From Mustelus asterias (lineage: Eukaryota), in NCBI RefSeq assembly GCF_964213995.1, contig NC_135823.1, forward strand, positions 37,510,001 to 37,574,000: a stretch of DNA of 64,000 bases, read 5' to 3'. The notes under the pieces were generated by a model. That model made no database searches. It was given only the letters and a program-made list of their open reading frames with translations, and was not told the origin of the DNA. How positions within the stretch are numbered: position 1 is the first letter of the stretch; each line of letters begins with the position of its first letter. The position numbers and the translations under genes were made by a program. Of the stretch, positions 26,101-38,242 are shown one piece after another.

Positions 26101-29100
26101 CATTTCCCCTACCTGAAGAGCCATCTCTCATCTAAGGCTAACATCGATGCAGAGATTGAACATCGTACTCAATCCGCGAGCACTGCTTTGGATGCCCAAG
26201 GACAAGTCTTCAAGACCACCACATTCGGGCTCACACCAAGTTCTTTGTGTATGAGGGAATCATCCTCCTAACTCTTCAGCACGGCTCAAACTCGAGCTAC
26301 ATTCAGATGCCACCTCAAGGTCCTGGAGAGGTACCATCAATGCTGTCTGAGATGGATTCTCCGCATCAGCTGGGAAGACAAGCGTACTAACAACAGCATC
26401 CTTGAAGGAGCAAAGAGCACCAGCATCGAGGCCACGATCATCTGAAACCAACTCTGCTGGGCCGGCCATACTTAGGATGTCAGAGTCCCAAATGCCAAAG
26501 CAATTCTTCTTTGCCCAGCTTAAGGAAGGCTCCCGAACAAGAGGACGACAAAGGAAATATTTCAAAGACACCCTGAAAGCTTACCTCAAAATATAACATA
26601 GATGTCAATGCCTGGGAGATCCTTGTTCAGAGAAGACTTACTTGGAGAAACTTCTTGGTTGAAGGGACATAATTCTTCGAGAACATCCGTCGGCAAGAGG
26701 AAACCCAGAAAAGGAGCCCGAGAAAGGAACACTAGCGATCTAGAGTCCAAGGACCAAATCCACCTCCCAGAAACACCTGCCAAGTGCGTGGTTGAAGATG
26801 TGACTTTAGGATCGGGCTCATCAGCCACGCAAGGACCCACAGAACCCATGACCAGTAGCACTGAGTTTCTTAGGTGGACAATCATACTCATTAGCGAGCT
26901 AAAGAAGAATGTTCTTTTGCATCAACCAGCTCCTACAGCAAAGTTTATTTCATTGCAATTAGTTCTACTTCCCAAATCGGTGTCACTTTTGCAATTTAAC
27001 TACGAAATCAAGCATTATAAAAATAATAATAAAATGTAGGACTTTGAATTTTATCTGCATGTCCTGGTCCTGTTATCCTCCAGGTTTCTAGCCCCGTTTC
27101 ACCTGGTCTCAACTGCCCATGGACATCACCGCAGAAAGTTTTACATATCTAAGTATAGAGATGATTTACTGGAAAACAAACCTATCAGTTGGTGCAGAAA
27201 ATGCCTGTGGAATGAGATGAAATTTATTCCACATGAAAAGGGTCATTCAGCTGCAACTAAAAAGAAAAGCACTAAAAGATGTTGAAGAAGAAAGTAACAG
27301 ACAGCCCACTAACTACACAATACAACTTATTGCTTTGGTACCCCAGCACCGGAGAATACCAAACTGGTGCTCGAGGTCAACAGAAATGTGCTCCTTTACG
27401 CAGTGCCAAACATTCTTCATCCAATTCAGCGCACAAATAATAAAGAATTGGAGTATAAGTATTTATTTATATAAAAACGTCAGGCAGATTGTCCAATGGT
27501 AAATGTCGCAATGGTTTCAACAGTCAGATTCCATCCCATCAGGGCAAGGATGTGAGTTTCTAATTGACTGCAGTGCCTCAACACTTCTGTGTCGTATCAC
27601 AAGTATTCCAGTGTTACACGCCGTCAGAAGTATCGATTTCATACAATGTATTAAGAGATCCACACGATTTGATGAAAGTTGAGTGTTTTTGTGTTCTACT
27701 GACCCACACACACGCCTAAGCCAGGACCAGTCAGTCTTTCAATTCAATGCCATTTACCAGAGCAGAATAGCTGCTCTGGATACTTACTTTAACATTCACT
27801 AAATAATCCATGAAGTGAAAACCCCTTCCAACAGTTCAATTACTTGACAATTACAATGTAAAGCAAAACTGCTATTCAACAAAACATATACTGGACAGAG
27901 TGCGTGCACTTGAGGGCAGGACCAGGGATGGTTGTGATAGCTCCAATAGGGGGATAGCACATAATAAGTGGCCTTGTAAAGTATCATTGAGCAAAGACAG
28001 ATGTGCTCACCCCTTCAATCACCTGCAGATACCCCAATATAATCTACCTCCTAATACGCAATGCTTACACGTGAATCTAATCCAGTGGCACCAAGCAAGG
28101 AGGCATCGTCAACTGATAAAATTCTGCTGATCACTTCCAAACAGCAGAGAACTGTTGCTCTCCGTAAGCTGAAAACATTCACTCAGACTTTATTTCCTGT
28201 TTAAACAAAATAAAAGCTGATTTAGTTTCAGGAACAAATTGTTAATGAACTTCCTTAAGCATCAAGAGGAGAAGAGGTAGGGGTGGCAACAAAGCAGAGG
28301 GGGGGGGGGGTAATTATTTCTCACACCTCATTGGACAACAAACTTGTGCAAGATTTCTGTGCAATTTTGTTTTTAAAAACACGGTTTTAAATCAATTTAG
28401 GACTGTTAAAAAGTAACAAGAGCAGAGTCTTGCACAAAATGTGCATGTACCACCAGGGGAAATGAAGGCCATTATAGAACTTTAACACATCTCTCCAGAC
28501 ACTTTGAAAACTTCACATCAATCATTTATTTTGATGTGAAGTGACCTCTTCAAAGGATAAGAGTCTATTTTACTTTAAGATGGTAGCACTTTCCCCAGTC
28601 AGGTGGCTGTGGATTCAAGCCTCACTTGAAGTCAGCTGAGTGCCTTGGTTAAAATGTCAGTGCAGTCCTGGCTGGGCACTGAGAGTTATTAAACTAAGGG
28701 CCCTTCTATACGTTTGGGTGAAAGTTGTAGACCATCAGCAACATTTGCAGAGGTTTTAAATGGCTGAAGTGGAGAATCTTTTAAATTTAAATTCATGGGC
28801 GAGAATTTTAAGCATGGCCTCATGACTCCCTTTCTCTAATCTCTAACCCTATGACCCACCGAGATCTCTACTCTAATTCTGGCCAATTATACAATAGATT
28901 TCAATCACTCTAGCATTGGCAGTCACGTCTTCGACTGCCTGTGTCCCAAGTTCCGGAATTTCCTCCCTATCCCTTCAAGGGGCACCATAAAATGTACCCA
29001 TTTGACCAAGTTCTGTCTGCGGTTCTGATGTCTCTTGGGGTGATTCAGTGTCAAACTCCATCTGATAATTCCTCCTGTCAAGAGTCTTGTGACCTTGACT

Positions 29101-32100
29101 GTTAGCAGTGCAATATAAATGTAAGTTGTTGCCCTGCTGAATATCAGCGTCAGAAAAAGACACAGTCCTTCAGCACTACAGTAAATGGTGCCATGGGATA
29201 TTTTGCTCTTTGCCTTTTGATAGGTTATGGTCAAAGCTTGTTACTTTTCTTGTCGTCTTTGCTCCAAAACTTTGAAACGTCATCTGTGGGCCCAAAGCCA
29301 TTTCCATTTCTACACTCCACCATTTTTCCTAGAACTGCTGCCCCATTAATAGTTACTCTGATTACTCCCCACCTTCCCCTTTTATCTGTCAATCTCCACA
29401 GTCAAGCAAAGTCCTCAATCAGTTTCTCTGCTATTTCTCCAACCTGTCTTATCCAATAATTCTTTCACTTGTTTGTAAATATTTCTCATTCATTCCCCTT
29501 TGTCCCCAGCTAGTCGTTCTTCAGATCTGCTCACTCCATTTTGGTTATGTCAATTGCATAACCCTACATTTGTCATAAACCTTTTTCATTTTTCTAATCA
29601 GCAATTCCAGTTTGTGTCACATCACCCTCATGAGTTATGGCAATGGACTGATCTGTCATCCCTGGTTTGAGTGTTTCCTGTTTTCTTATCTGCCAAGTTT
29701 TATCTGGGCTACTTCATTTCTAATCCCACTGAAATTGACTTTGGTTTCTCAGTTCAATACTTCCAGTACTGTACTTTATTTTCACTCACTTTCAACTCAC
29801 ATCAAACCAAATTTTACTATGGTCATATTCTCTTATCCAGTCACTTGCCTTCGCACCCTAGGCTTACTAGAACAATACCCCCTTTACCATTCATCCTGTG
29901 TCATCTTTCTTTTTATCATTTAATCTCCCCTTGCCTTCCATTCTATTATAGATGTTCCTTCCCTTGTTTTTCCCCTCCTTTCCTCATCCCTCTATTTGCA
30001 TAAAATCTATACATCTTTTTAAACACTTTAGTCTTTTCCATTAGCCAAGTTGATATTGTCCATGGTTGCCCTCTGCACAGCATCAACACACCCTCAAAGA
30101 AATTTTCACAATCTCTGCCTACTCTCCTCTTTCCCCAATGGACAGTAACCCTTTCTTCATCTTCATTTATCCCAGTGAATGGACCTTCCGGCAGATGTGC
30201 ACAAAGAAGCCTCACAAAACCTGAATGTTCTCAACTTCAAACCTGATGCTTGACTGCAACCATCCATTGAAATTTGCTGCACTTACATACATGTAAAGAA
30301 TATAAATTGCTAGGGATTCTAGTCCTTTAGTTGCAAAATACTAAAGGAGTTGCTGACTAATCATAGCAATCAATCTCTATGCATTAGTTGGAAACAGACC
30401 CAGACAATAAGCAAGGAAGATTCCCAGTTCCATTCGGAGCCAGTTCCCATAAGCGCAAAGTCATCTGCTCCTCCCAAGCAACCTCCATTCACATTGCAAT
30501 TTACTTATACGTATATCCCAAAATATTTTCTAAAATATATCAAATTTATCTAAATTATCACTGTTGCCATCAGTTCCCTCAAGAGTTTGTTCAATAGATT
30601 TAAAATATTATGAATGTCCCACACAATACAAATGCCCAGATCACAAAGATGGCAACAGAAGTAAAGGGTACATGTTGGCAGTATTGAGTTAAGGAAAGCA
30701 CTGCAGTGCTGGAGAAAATGTCCCAGCTGGGCAGGTCAAGGACAGAATCAATTTGGCTAGAGCTAAGGAACAAAAAAAAAAGTGCAATCACATTGTTTGG
30801 CGTAGTCGACAGACCATCAAATAGTTGGAAGGATACAGAGGAACAAATCTGCAAGGAAATTAGAGAGGTACAAAATTTACAGCATGGTTATAATGACGGA
30901 CTTTAATTATCCAAATATAGATAGGGATAGTGGTGGTTTAAACGACAGAGAGAGACAAAAGTTCCTAGACTGTGTTCAGGAGAATTTTCTACTGATCAGT
31001 CCAAAGGGAAAGGAGGCACTGTTAGACCTGATTCTTAGGAATGAGGTGGGCCAAGCAGATCAAGTGTCAGTGGAAGAACATTTATGGCAGCAATCGTATC
31101 ATAAAGTTTAGAATGACAATGGAAAAAGATAGAAGAACCCAGAGTAAGTATAATTAACGGCAAAAAAAGCCAACTTCAATGGGGCAAGAAGGGATTTGGA
31201 CCCAATAAGTTGAGCCAACGTTTGGCAGGACAAACTGAACGATGGACTACCTTCAAACAAGAGACGGTTCAGACACAGTCAATGTATATTCTCTCAAAAG
31301 GGGAAATGTAGAGAAAATAAATCCAGAGCTCTCTGGAAGACGAAGGAGGTAGAAATCAAGATAAAGAAGAAAAATTGTGCTTATTACTGATGTCAGGTAG
31401 AAAATACAATTGAGAACCAGGCTGAATGCACAGGTCCAGAGGCGAGATGAAAAAGCAAAGATTAGAAGCAAACAGGGTATATGAAAAGAGACTGGCAGCT
31501 AACATGAAAGGGAATTTCAAAGACTTCTGTAGGCATATAAATAGTATTAATAGTGGCAAAAGGAGTAGGGCTGATTCGGGACCAAAAAGGGAATTTACGC
31601 TTGGAGGCAGCGGGATATGGCTAAGATATTAAATAACTATTTTGCATCTATCTTCAGCAAGGAAGATGATGCCACCCAGGCCACAGTGAAAGGGAAGGCA
31701 ATTCAGTCACAAGAAGGGTTTTAAATTGATAGGTTTGTAGGCAGGATGAGGGGTGTGCTATAATCTTTCACCCAGATCCCTGATCAACCTCTCCCACTAT
31801 GATCACCGGTCTCTGACATCCCCTCCCCCTTTGGACCCCAGATTGCACCCCTCCTCTCTCACTGCACTCGGCGATCCCCACCCCATTGCACCCTAGTCTG
31901 CAACCTCCAACCCCATTACACCCCAGTCTGTAACCCTCCAAAACACCCCAATCCCTGACCACCGCCCCCCCCCCCCCCCCCCCAACCTTTTTCATCCTGG
32001 TCTCTTCCCCGCACCCTCCCCCACCCTTTGCACCCACTCTCTGACCCCCACCCCCCACATCCAGTCCCTGATCCCCCAAATACCACAATCCTGACATCCC

Positions 32101-35100
32101 ACTCCCCAAACCTTTTGGATCCTGGTCCTTCCCCCCCCCCCCCTTGCACCCCACTCTGCGACCCCTCCCTTGCACCCCACTCTGCGACCCCCCCCCTTGC
32201 ACCCCACTCTGCGACCTCCCCCGCAACCCTCCCTTGCATCCCACTCTGCGACCCCCCTTGCACCCCACTCAGCGACACCCCCCTTGCACCCCACTCTGCA
32301 ACCCCTCCGACCCCCCCTTGCACCCCACTCTGCGACCCCCCCTGCACCCCACTCTGCGACACCCCCCCGACCCCCCTTTGCACCCCACTATTCAAACCCC
32401 CCCTGCGACACCCCCCTTGCACCCCACTCTGTGACCCACCCTTGCACCCCACTATTCAAACCCCCCCTGCGACACCCCCTTGCACCCCACTCTGCACCCC
32501 ACTCTGCAACCTCCCGACCCCCCCTTGCACCCCACTCTGCGACCCCCCTGCACCCCACTCTGCGACCCCCCCTTGCACCCACTATTCAAACCCCCCATGC
32601 GACCCCCCTTGCACCCCACTCTGCGACCCCCCCTGCACCCCACTCTGCGATACCCCCCTTGCACCCCACTCTGCGACACCCCCCCGACCCCCCCTTGCAC
32701 CCCACTCTGCGACCCCCCCTTGCACCCCACTATTCAAACCCCCCCTGCGACACCCCCCTTGCACCCCACTCTGCGACCCCCCCCTGCACCCCACTCTGCG
32801 ACCACCCCCTCGCACCCCACTCTGCGACCCCCCCTCGCACCCCACTCTGCGACCCCCCTCGCACCCCACTCTGCGACCCCCCTCGCACCCCACTCTGCGA
32901 CCCCCCTGCACCCCACTCTGCGACCCCCCCTTGCACCCCACTCTGCGACCACCCCCGCGACCCCCCCTTGCACCGCACTCTGCGACCCCCCATTGCAGCC
33001 CACTCAGCGACACCCCCCCTCGCACCCCACTCTGCGACCCCCCCCTCGCACCCCACTCTGCGACCCCCCCTCGCACCCCACTCTGCGACCCCCCCTCGGA
33101 CCCCACTCTGCGACCCCCCCTCGCACCCCACTCTGCGACCCCCCATTGCAGCCCACTCAGCGACACCCCCCCTCGCACCCCACTCTGCGACCCCCCCTCG
33201 CACCCCACTCTGCGACCCCCCCTCGCACCCCACTCTGCGACCCCCCCTCGCACCCCACTCTGCGACCCCCCATTGCAGCCCACTCAGCGACACCCCCCCT
33301 CGCACCCCACTCTGCGACCCCCCCCTCGCACCCCACTCTGCGACCCCCCCTCGCACCCCACTCTGCGACCCCCCCTCGGACCCCACTCTGCGACCCCCCC
33401 TCGCACCCCACTCTGCGACCCCCCCTCGCACCCCACTCTGCGACCCCCCATTGCAGCCCACTCAGCAACACCCCCCCTCGCACCCCACTCTGCGACCCCC
33501 CCTCGCACCCCACTCTGCGACCCCCCCTCGCACCCCACTCTGCGACCCCCCCTCGCACCCCACTCTGCGACCCCCCCTCGCACCCCACTCTGCGACCCCC
33601 CCTCGCACCCCACTCTGCGACCCCCCCTCGCACCCCACTCTGCGACCCCCCCTCGCACCCCACTCTGCGACCCCCTCTCGCACCCCACTCTGCGACCCCC
33701 CCTCGCACCCCACTCTGCGACCCCCCCTCGCACCCCACTCTGCGACCCCCCCTCGCACCCCACTCTGCGACCCCCCCTCGCACCCCACTCTGCGACCCCC
33801 CCTCGCACCCCACTCTGCGACCCCCCCTCGCACCCCACTCTGCGGCCCCCCCTCGCACCCCACTCTGCGGCCCCCCCTCGCACCCCACTCTGCGGCCCCC
33901 CCTCGCACCCCACTCTGCGGCCCCCCCTCGCACCCCACTCTGCGACCCCCCCCTCGCACCCCACTCTGCGACCCCCCCTCGCACCCCACTCTGCGACCCC
34001 CCCTCGCACCCCACTCTGCGACCCCCCCTCGCACCCCACTCTGCGACCAACCCTCGCACCCCACTCTGCGACCCCCCCTCGCACCCCACTCTGCGACCCC
34101 CCCTCGCACCCCACTCTGCGACCCCCCCTCGCACCCCACTCTGCGACCCCCCCTCGCACCCCACTCTGCGACCCCCCCTCGCACCCCACTCTGCGACCCC
34201 CCCTCGCACCCCACTCTGCGACCCCCCCTCGCACCCCACTCTGCGACCCCCCCTCGCACCCCACTCTGCGACCCCCCCTCGCACCCCACTCTGCGACCCC
34301 CCCTCGCACCCCACTCTGCGACCCCCCCTCGCACCCCACTCTGCGACCCCTCTCGCACCCCACTCTGCGACCCCCACTCGCACCCCACTCTGCGACCCCC
34401 CCTCGCACCCCACTCTGCGACCCCCCCTCGCACCCCACTCTGCGACCCCCCCTCGCACCCCACTCTGCGACCCCCCCTCGCACCCCACTCTGCGACCCCC
34501 CCTCGCACCCCACTCTGCGACCCCCCCTCGCACCCCACTCTGCGACCCCCCCTCGCACCCCACTCTGCGACCCCCCCTCGCACCCCACTCTGCGACCCCC
34601 CCTCGCACCCCACTCTGCGACCCCCCCTCGCACCCCACTCTGCGACCCCCCCTCGCACCCCACTCTGCGACCCCCCCTCGCACCCCACTCTGCGACCCCC
34701 CCTCGCACCCCACTCTGCGACCCCCCCTCGCACCCCACTCTGCGACCCCCCCTCGCACCCCACTCTGCGACCCCCCCTCGCACCCCACTCTGCGACCCCC
34801 CCTCGCACCCCACTCTGCGACCCCCCCTCGCACCCCACTCTGCGACCCCCCCTCGCACCCCACTCTGCGACCCCCCCTCGCACCCCACTCTGCGACCCCC
34901 CCTCGCACCCCACTCTGCGACCCCCCCTCGCACCCCACTCTGCGACCCCCCCTCGCACCCCACTCTGCGACCCCCCCTCGCACCCCACTCTGCGACCCCC
35001 CCTCGCACCCCACTCTGCGACCCCCCCTCGCACCCCACTCTGCGACCCCCCCTCGCACCCCACTCTGCGACCCCCCCTCGCACCCCACTCTGCGACCCCC

Positions 35101-36693
35101 CCTCGCACCCCACTCTGCGACCCCCCCTCGCACCCCACTCTGCGACCCCCCCTCGCACCCCACTCTGCGACCCACCCTCGCACCCCACTCTGCGACCCCC
35201 CCCTCGCACCCCACTCTGCGCCCCCCCCCCTCGCACCCCACTGTGCGAACCCCCCCTCGCACCCCACTCTGCGAACCCCCCTTGGCACCCCACTCTGCGA
35301 ACCCCCCTTGGCACCCCAATCTGCGAACCCCCCTTGGCACCCCAATCTGCGAACCCCCCTTGGCACCCCACTCTGCGACCCCCCCTTGTCACCCCACTCT
35401 GCGACCCCCCCCTTGGCACCCCACTCTGCGACCCCCCCTTGGCACCCCACTCTGCGACCCCCCCCTTGGCACCCCACTCTGCGACCCCCCCCTTGGCACC
35501 CCACTCTGCGACCCCCCCCTTGGCACCCCACTCTGCGACCCCCCCCTTGGCACCCCACTCTGCGACCCCCCCCTTGGCACCCCACTCTGCGACCCCCCCC
35601 TTGGCACCCCACTCTGCGACCCCCCCTTGGCACCCCACTCTGCGACCCCCCCTTGGCACCCCACTCTGCGACCCCCCCTTGGCACCCCACTCTGCGACCC
35701 CCCCTTGGCACCCCACTCTGCGACCCCCCCTTGGCACCCCACTCTGCGACCCCCCCTTGGCACCCCACTCTGCGACCCCCCCTTGGCACCCCACTCTGCG
35801 ACCCCTCCTTGGCACCCCACTCTGCGACCCCTCCTTGGCACCCCACTCTGCGACCCCCCCTTGGCACCCCACTCTGCGACCCCCCTTGGCACCCCACTCT
35901 GCGACCCCCCCCTTGGCACCCCACTCTGCGACCCCCCCTTGGCACCCCACTCTGCGACCCCCCCTTTGCACCCCACTCTGCGACCCCCCTTTGCACCCCA
36001 CTCTGCGACCCCCCTTTGCACCCCACTCTGCGACCCCCCTTTGCACCCCACTCTGCGACCCCCCTTTGCACCCCACTCTGCGACCCCCCTTTGCACCCCA
36101 CTCTGCGACCCCCCTTTGCACCCCACTCTGCGACCCCCCTTTGCACCCCACTCTGCGACCCCCCTTTGCACCCCACTCTGCGACCCCCCTTTGCACCCCA
36201 CTCTGCGACCTCCCTTTGCACCCACTCTGCAACCCCTCCTTTGCCCCCACTCTGCAACCCCTCCTTTGCCCCCACTCTGCAACCCCTCCTTTGCCCCCAC
36301 TCTACGACCCCCCCCCTTTGCACCCATTCAGCGACCTCCCTCTGCACCCCCCTCTGCACCCCCCTCTGTGACCCCCCCCCCCATCCCATCCCATTCTCTA
36401 GCCCATCCTTTCTGGATCCCTTGTCCACTTGCCTCCAGCCTACGCACCCTACCCCACATCTTGCACCCCGGTCTACTGCATAGCTGCCCCCCCCATTGTA
36501 GCACCCTGACCTCACTGGGCCTGAGCTCCCTGGTGGACACTGGTCCAGTAACAGTAGGTTCCCCGCAGCGAGGCTGTCGGCCTGTAGCTGGGTCCGGTGC
36601 AGCTGGGAGAGTCGTGCCCTGCTGTGACTGTACCGAAGTCCCCGAGCTCAGCACTCGGCCTTAACCCGCTACCTTACCGTCCCGAGCCGCCAT
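10997..36693 (-). CDS. UBFD1: Ubiquitin family domain-containing protein 1, complete spliced gene, 7 coding exons, 292 aa
   Basis: Exons 36693-36678, 20690-20403, 18726-18518, 15483-15418, 14621-14516, 12527-12445 and 11107-10997 total 879 nt, with GT-AG introns and compatible phases. Translation contains UBFD1 hallmarks: VDLKVIWNKNKYDLKVPLDSTG, MQKVMYKGLLQEDKTLREIKVTNGAKIMVIGSTINDVLAVNTPK and the C-terminus YWVPTQYVDAIKDTVLGKWQYF*. Confidence 0.96.
12445..12527 (-). CDS. UBFD1: UBFD1 exon 6
   Basis: (E)RTEKIPMGSIKNVITEPIEGHEDYHMM; GACAG acceptor, ATG|GTGAGT donor. Confidence 0.95.
12760..14345 (+). mobile_element. Degenerate CR1-clade LINE (RT region to 3' end)
   Basis: WKIAQACPVHKKDKSN..PISLLS, ALDINAAFD, GVPQDSV, MFAD remnants with frameshifts. 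Confidence 0.8.
14516..14621 (-). CDS. UBFD1: UBFD1 exon 5
   Basis: ERLPSVPLSGMYNKTSGKVRLTFKLEQDQLWIGTK; TGTAG acceptor, G|GTGAGC donor. Confidence 0.95.
15418..15483 (-). CDS. UBFD1: UBFD1 exon 4
   Basis: QHRKVLDKGKPEDVMPSIKGVK; poly-T/CCCAG acceptor, AAG|GTAAGT donor; too short for the ORF track. Confidence 0.95.
16049..16355 (+). mobile_element. tRNA-derived SINE of a third family (related degenerate copy at about 44915-45215)
   Basis: TGGCCTAATGGTA A box, GGTTCAAATCCC B box, tail GGGCAATAAATGCTGG similar to the LINE end at about 14335. Confidence 0.7.
16370..18190 (-). mobile_element. Degenerate CR1 LINE including ORF1 esterase and ORF2 endonuclease remnants
   Basis: AIVTGDLLTRG...RIVCCLLGARV (GDSL-type ORF1); NKIGELQAQIVLWKYDVVG; YKVFRKD. 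Confidence 0.8.
18518..18726 (-). CDS. UBFD1: UBFD1 exon 3 (ubiquitin-like domain)
   Basis: TTCTTGTCAG acceptor; LTPAMQKVMYKG...EPLCRQK; AAG|GTAAGG donor; 209 nt. Confidence 0.96.
19065..20250 (+). mobile_element. Degenerate CR1 LINE RT fragments
   Basis: [58 protein letters not shown]. Confidence 0.88.
20403..20690 (-). CDS. UBFD1: UBFD1 exon 2
   Basis: TTATTTGCAG acceptor; ADTGGMETEAC...EMVDLKVIWNK...LKEKIHSLT; donor ACAG|GTGTGT. Confidence 0.93.
20783..21120 (+). mobile_element. tRNA-derived V-SINE (HE1-like) with CR1-type tail
   Basis: A-box region CAGTGGTTAGCACTG, B box GGTTCGATTCC, central TGTGTGGAGTTTGCAC...TTCCTCCCACA, tail GGCCGAATGGCCTCCTTCTGCACTGT(TTCTATGA)n. Confidence 0.88.
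21130..23760 (-). mobile_element. Degenerate L1-clade LINE
   Basis: LAAEKAFDWVEWEYLFTILGKFGF (L1-type DAEKAFDRVEW motif); C-terminal SLIQFK..RIH and H.FWSYP zinc-knuckle remnants. Confidence 0.8.
24490..26900 (+). mobile_element. RTE-clade LINE retaining its 5' leader, with a large internal deletion
   Basis: TWN...RPERRTALVARELRHFNTDITALQET endonuclease start; jumps at about 25620 to RT (LWKTLSKVSCPEKFINIL); LEHFPYL; QRKYFKDTLKAYLK. Confidence 0.85.
30665..31735 (+). mobile_element. Degenerate CR1 ORF2 (endonuclease) fragment
   Basis: ESIWLELRNKK, DFNYPNID, EALLDLIL. Confidence 0.8.
32140..36370. repeat. 25-bp C-rich minisatellite, about 170 units, in UBFD1 intron 1
   Basis: Unit CACCCCACTCTGCGACCCCCCCTCG with TTG/TCG/TTGG/TTTG variants. 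Confidence 0.98.
36678..36693 (-). CDS. UBFD1: UBFD1 coding exon 1 (MAARD-G)
   Basis: ACAAGGATGGCGGCTCGGGACG|GTAAGG inside a CpG island; the phase-1 donor matches the phase-1 acceptor of exon 2. Confidence 0.85.
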
Positions 36694-37150
36694 CCTTGTC
36701 CGTCACAGCCCGAGGCCCGCTGGGAACGCGCTGACAACTTCCGCTTCCCAGCAGCGTGGAGCAGCAGTGTCAGCTGATTGGCTGCCCGTGGGCGGGGCGG
36801 GGCAATCTGATTGACACTGGCGAGGGGCGGGTGTGTAGCCCCACCCCCTCTGTGGGCGGGGCCGGGGCGGGTGCGCAAGCTCCACCCCCTCTGTGGGCGG
36901 GGCCGGGGCAGGTGCGCAGCTCCACCCCCTCTGCGGGCGGGGTCGGGGCAGGTGCGCAGCTCCGCCCCCTTTGTGGGCGGGGGCGGCGATGATTGACTGG
37001 AGACTGGCCGCGAGCTGGGTGAATGTGGCGCACCTGATTGGTTCATTACTGCCGCTGGAAGGCGGGACTACCGTGATTGACGGCCGTGATCAAGTGCACT
37101 GATTGGCCAATGGTAAATCCCCATGGTAACAGGGGGTGGGGCTAGGAGGC
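36694..37150 (-). promoter_or_regulatory. UBFD1 CpG-island promoter and 5' UTR
   Basis: CpG-rich; many GGGCGG GC boxes, several ATTGG/CCAAT boxes (about 36776, 37036, 37101, 37106) and an ETS-like ACTTCCG at about 36737. Confidence 0.8.
36824..36985. repeat. About 40-bp tandem repeat (about 4 copies) inside the UBFD1 promoter
   Basis: The unit GGGGC(A/G)GGTGCGCAGCTCCACCCCCTCTGTGGGCGGGGCC is visibly repeated. Confidence 0.85.
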
Positions 37151-37491
37151 AGGCTGATTAATTATAAACGGTTCCCGCGGAGGAAGAGGTCATTCTGAAA
37201 GGGTTAACTATTGAAGCACCCAGACTGAGCTCAATGTGGGACAATCCCCCCTGACCCACAGTGGACCCTGTGGACAGGCTGCAGGCCCAACTCTTTTAAA
37301 GCTCTGTCAGGAAATGAGGCCATTCTGCCCGTTGTGTCCATACCAGCTTACTGCAAGATCAGTCTCATTTGGTGAGCTTACATTTTAAAGTCCTTTTCTA
37401 TCATGGGTTCCTCAAACTGTTTGTCATGCTCAAACTGTGATCTAACCAAAATTAAAATTACAATCACTTTCCTCAATGCCTCAAATACAGA

Positions 37492-38242
37492 ATGTGGAGA
37501 TGCCGGCGTTGGACTGGGGTAAGCACAGTAAGAAGTCTCACAACACCAGGTTAAAGTCCAACAGGTTTATTTGGTAGCAAATACCATAAGCTTTTGGAGC
37601 AATGCTCCTTCGTCAGATGGAGTGGTCTCTGTTCTCAAACAGGGCACAGACACAGAAATCAAATTACAGAATACTGATTAGAATGCAAATCTCTACAGCC
37701 AGCCAGGTCTTAAATGTACAGACAATGTGGGTGGAGGGAGCATTCAACACAGGTTAAAGAGATGTGTATTGTCTCCAGACAGTACAGCTTGTGAAATTGT
37801 GCAAGTCCAGGAGGCAAGCTGTGGGGGTTACTGATAATGTGACATAAATCCAACATCCCGGTTTAGACCGTCCTCATGTGTGCGGAACTTGGCTATCAGT
37901 TTCTGCTCAGTGACTCTGCGCTGTCGTGTGTCGTGAAGGCCGCCTTGGAGAACGCTTACCTGAAGATCCAAGGCTGAATGCCCGTGACTGCTGAAGTGCT
38001 CCCCCACAGGAAGAGAACAGTCTTGCCTGGTGATCGTCGAGTGGTGTTTATTCATCCGTTGTCGTAGCATCTGCATGGTTTCCCCAATGTACCATGCCTC
38101 AGGACATCCTTTCTTGCAGCGTATCAGGTAGACAACGTTGGCCGAGTTGCAAGAGTAGGTACCGTGTACCTCTGCAAGACGTGCCGGATCATCAACACGG
38201 ATGCCATCATCTCACGTGAGAACACCATCTACCAGGTACAGG
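37492..38242 (-). mobile_element. Penelope-like element 3' part (GIY-YIG endonuclease plus terminus) with inverted 5' piece
   Basis: Minus-strand translation VHGTYSCNSANVVYLIRCKKGCPEAWYIGETMQMLRQRMNKH...LPVGEHF...EQKLIAKFRTHEDGLNRD; 38171-38242 reads CKTCRIINTDAIISRENTIYQV on the plus strand. Confidence 0.9.

Noticed and set aside
32140-36370. CRISPR-like array
   Set aside because: Head-to-tail repeats with no unique spacers and no cas genes, in eukaryotic DNA.
32028-36664. 700-1447 aa Pro-rich and Gly-rich ORFs in all six frames
   Set aside because: The 25-bp unit has no stop codon in any frame, so each frame cycles through the same peptides. The array is intronic in UBFD1, with no splice or start context.
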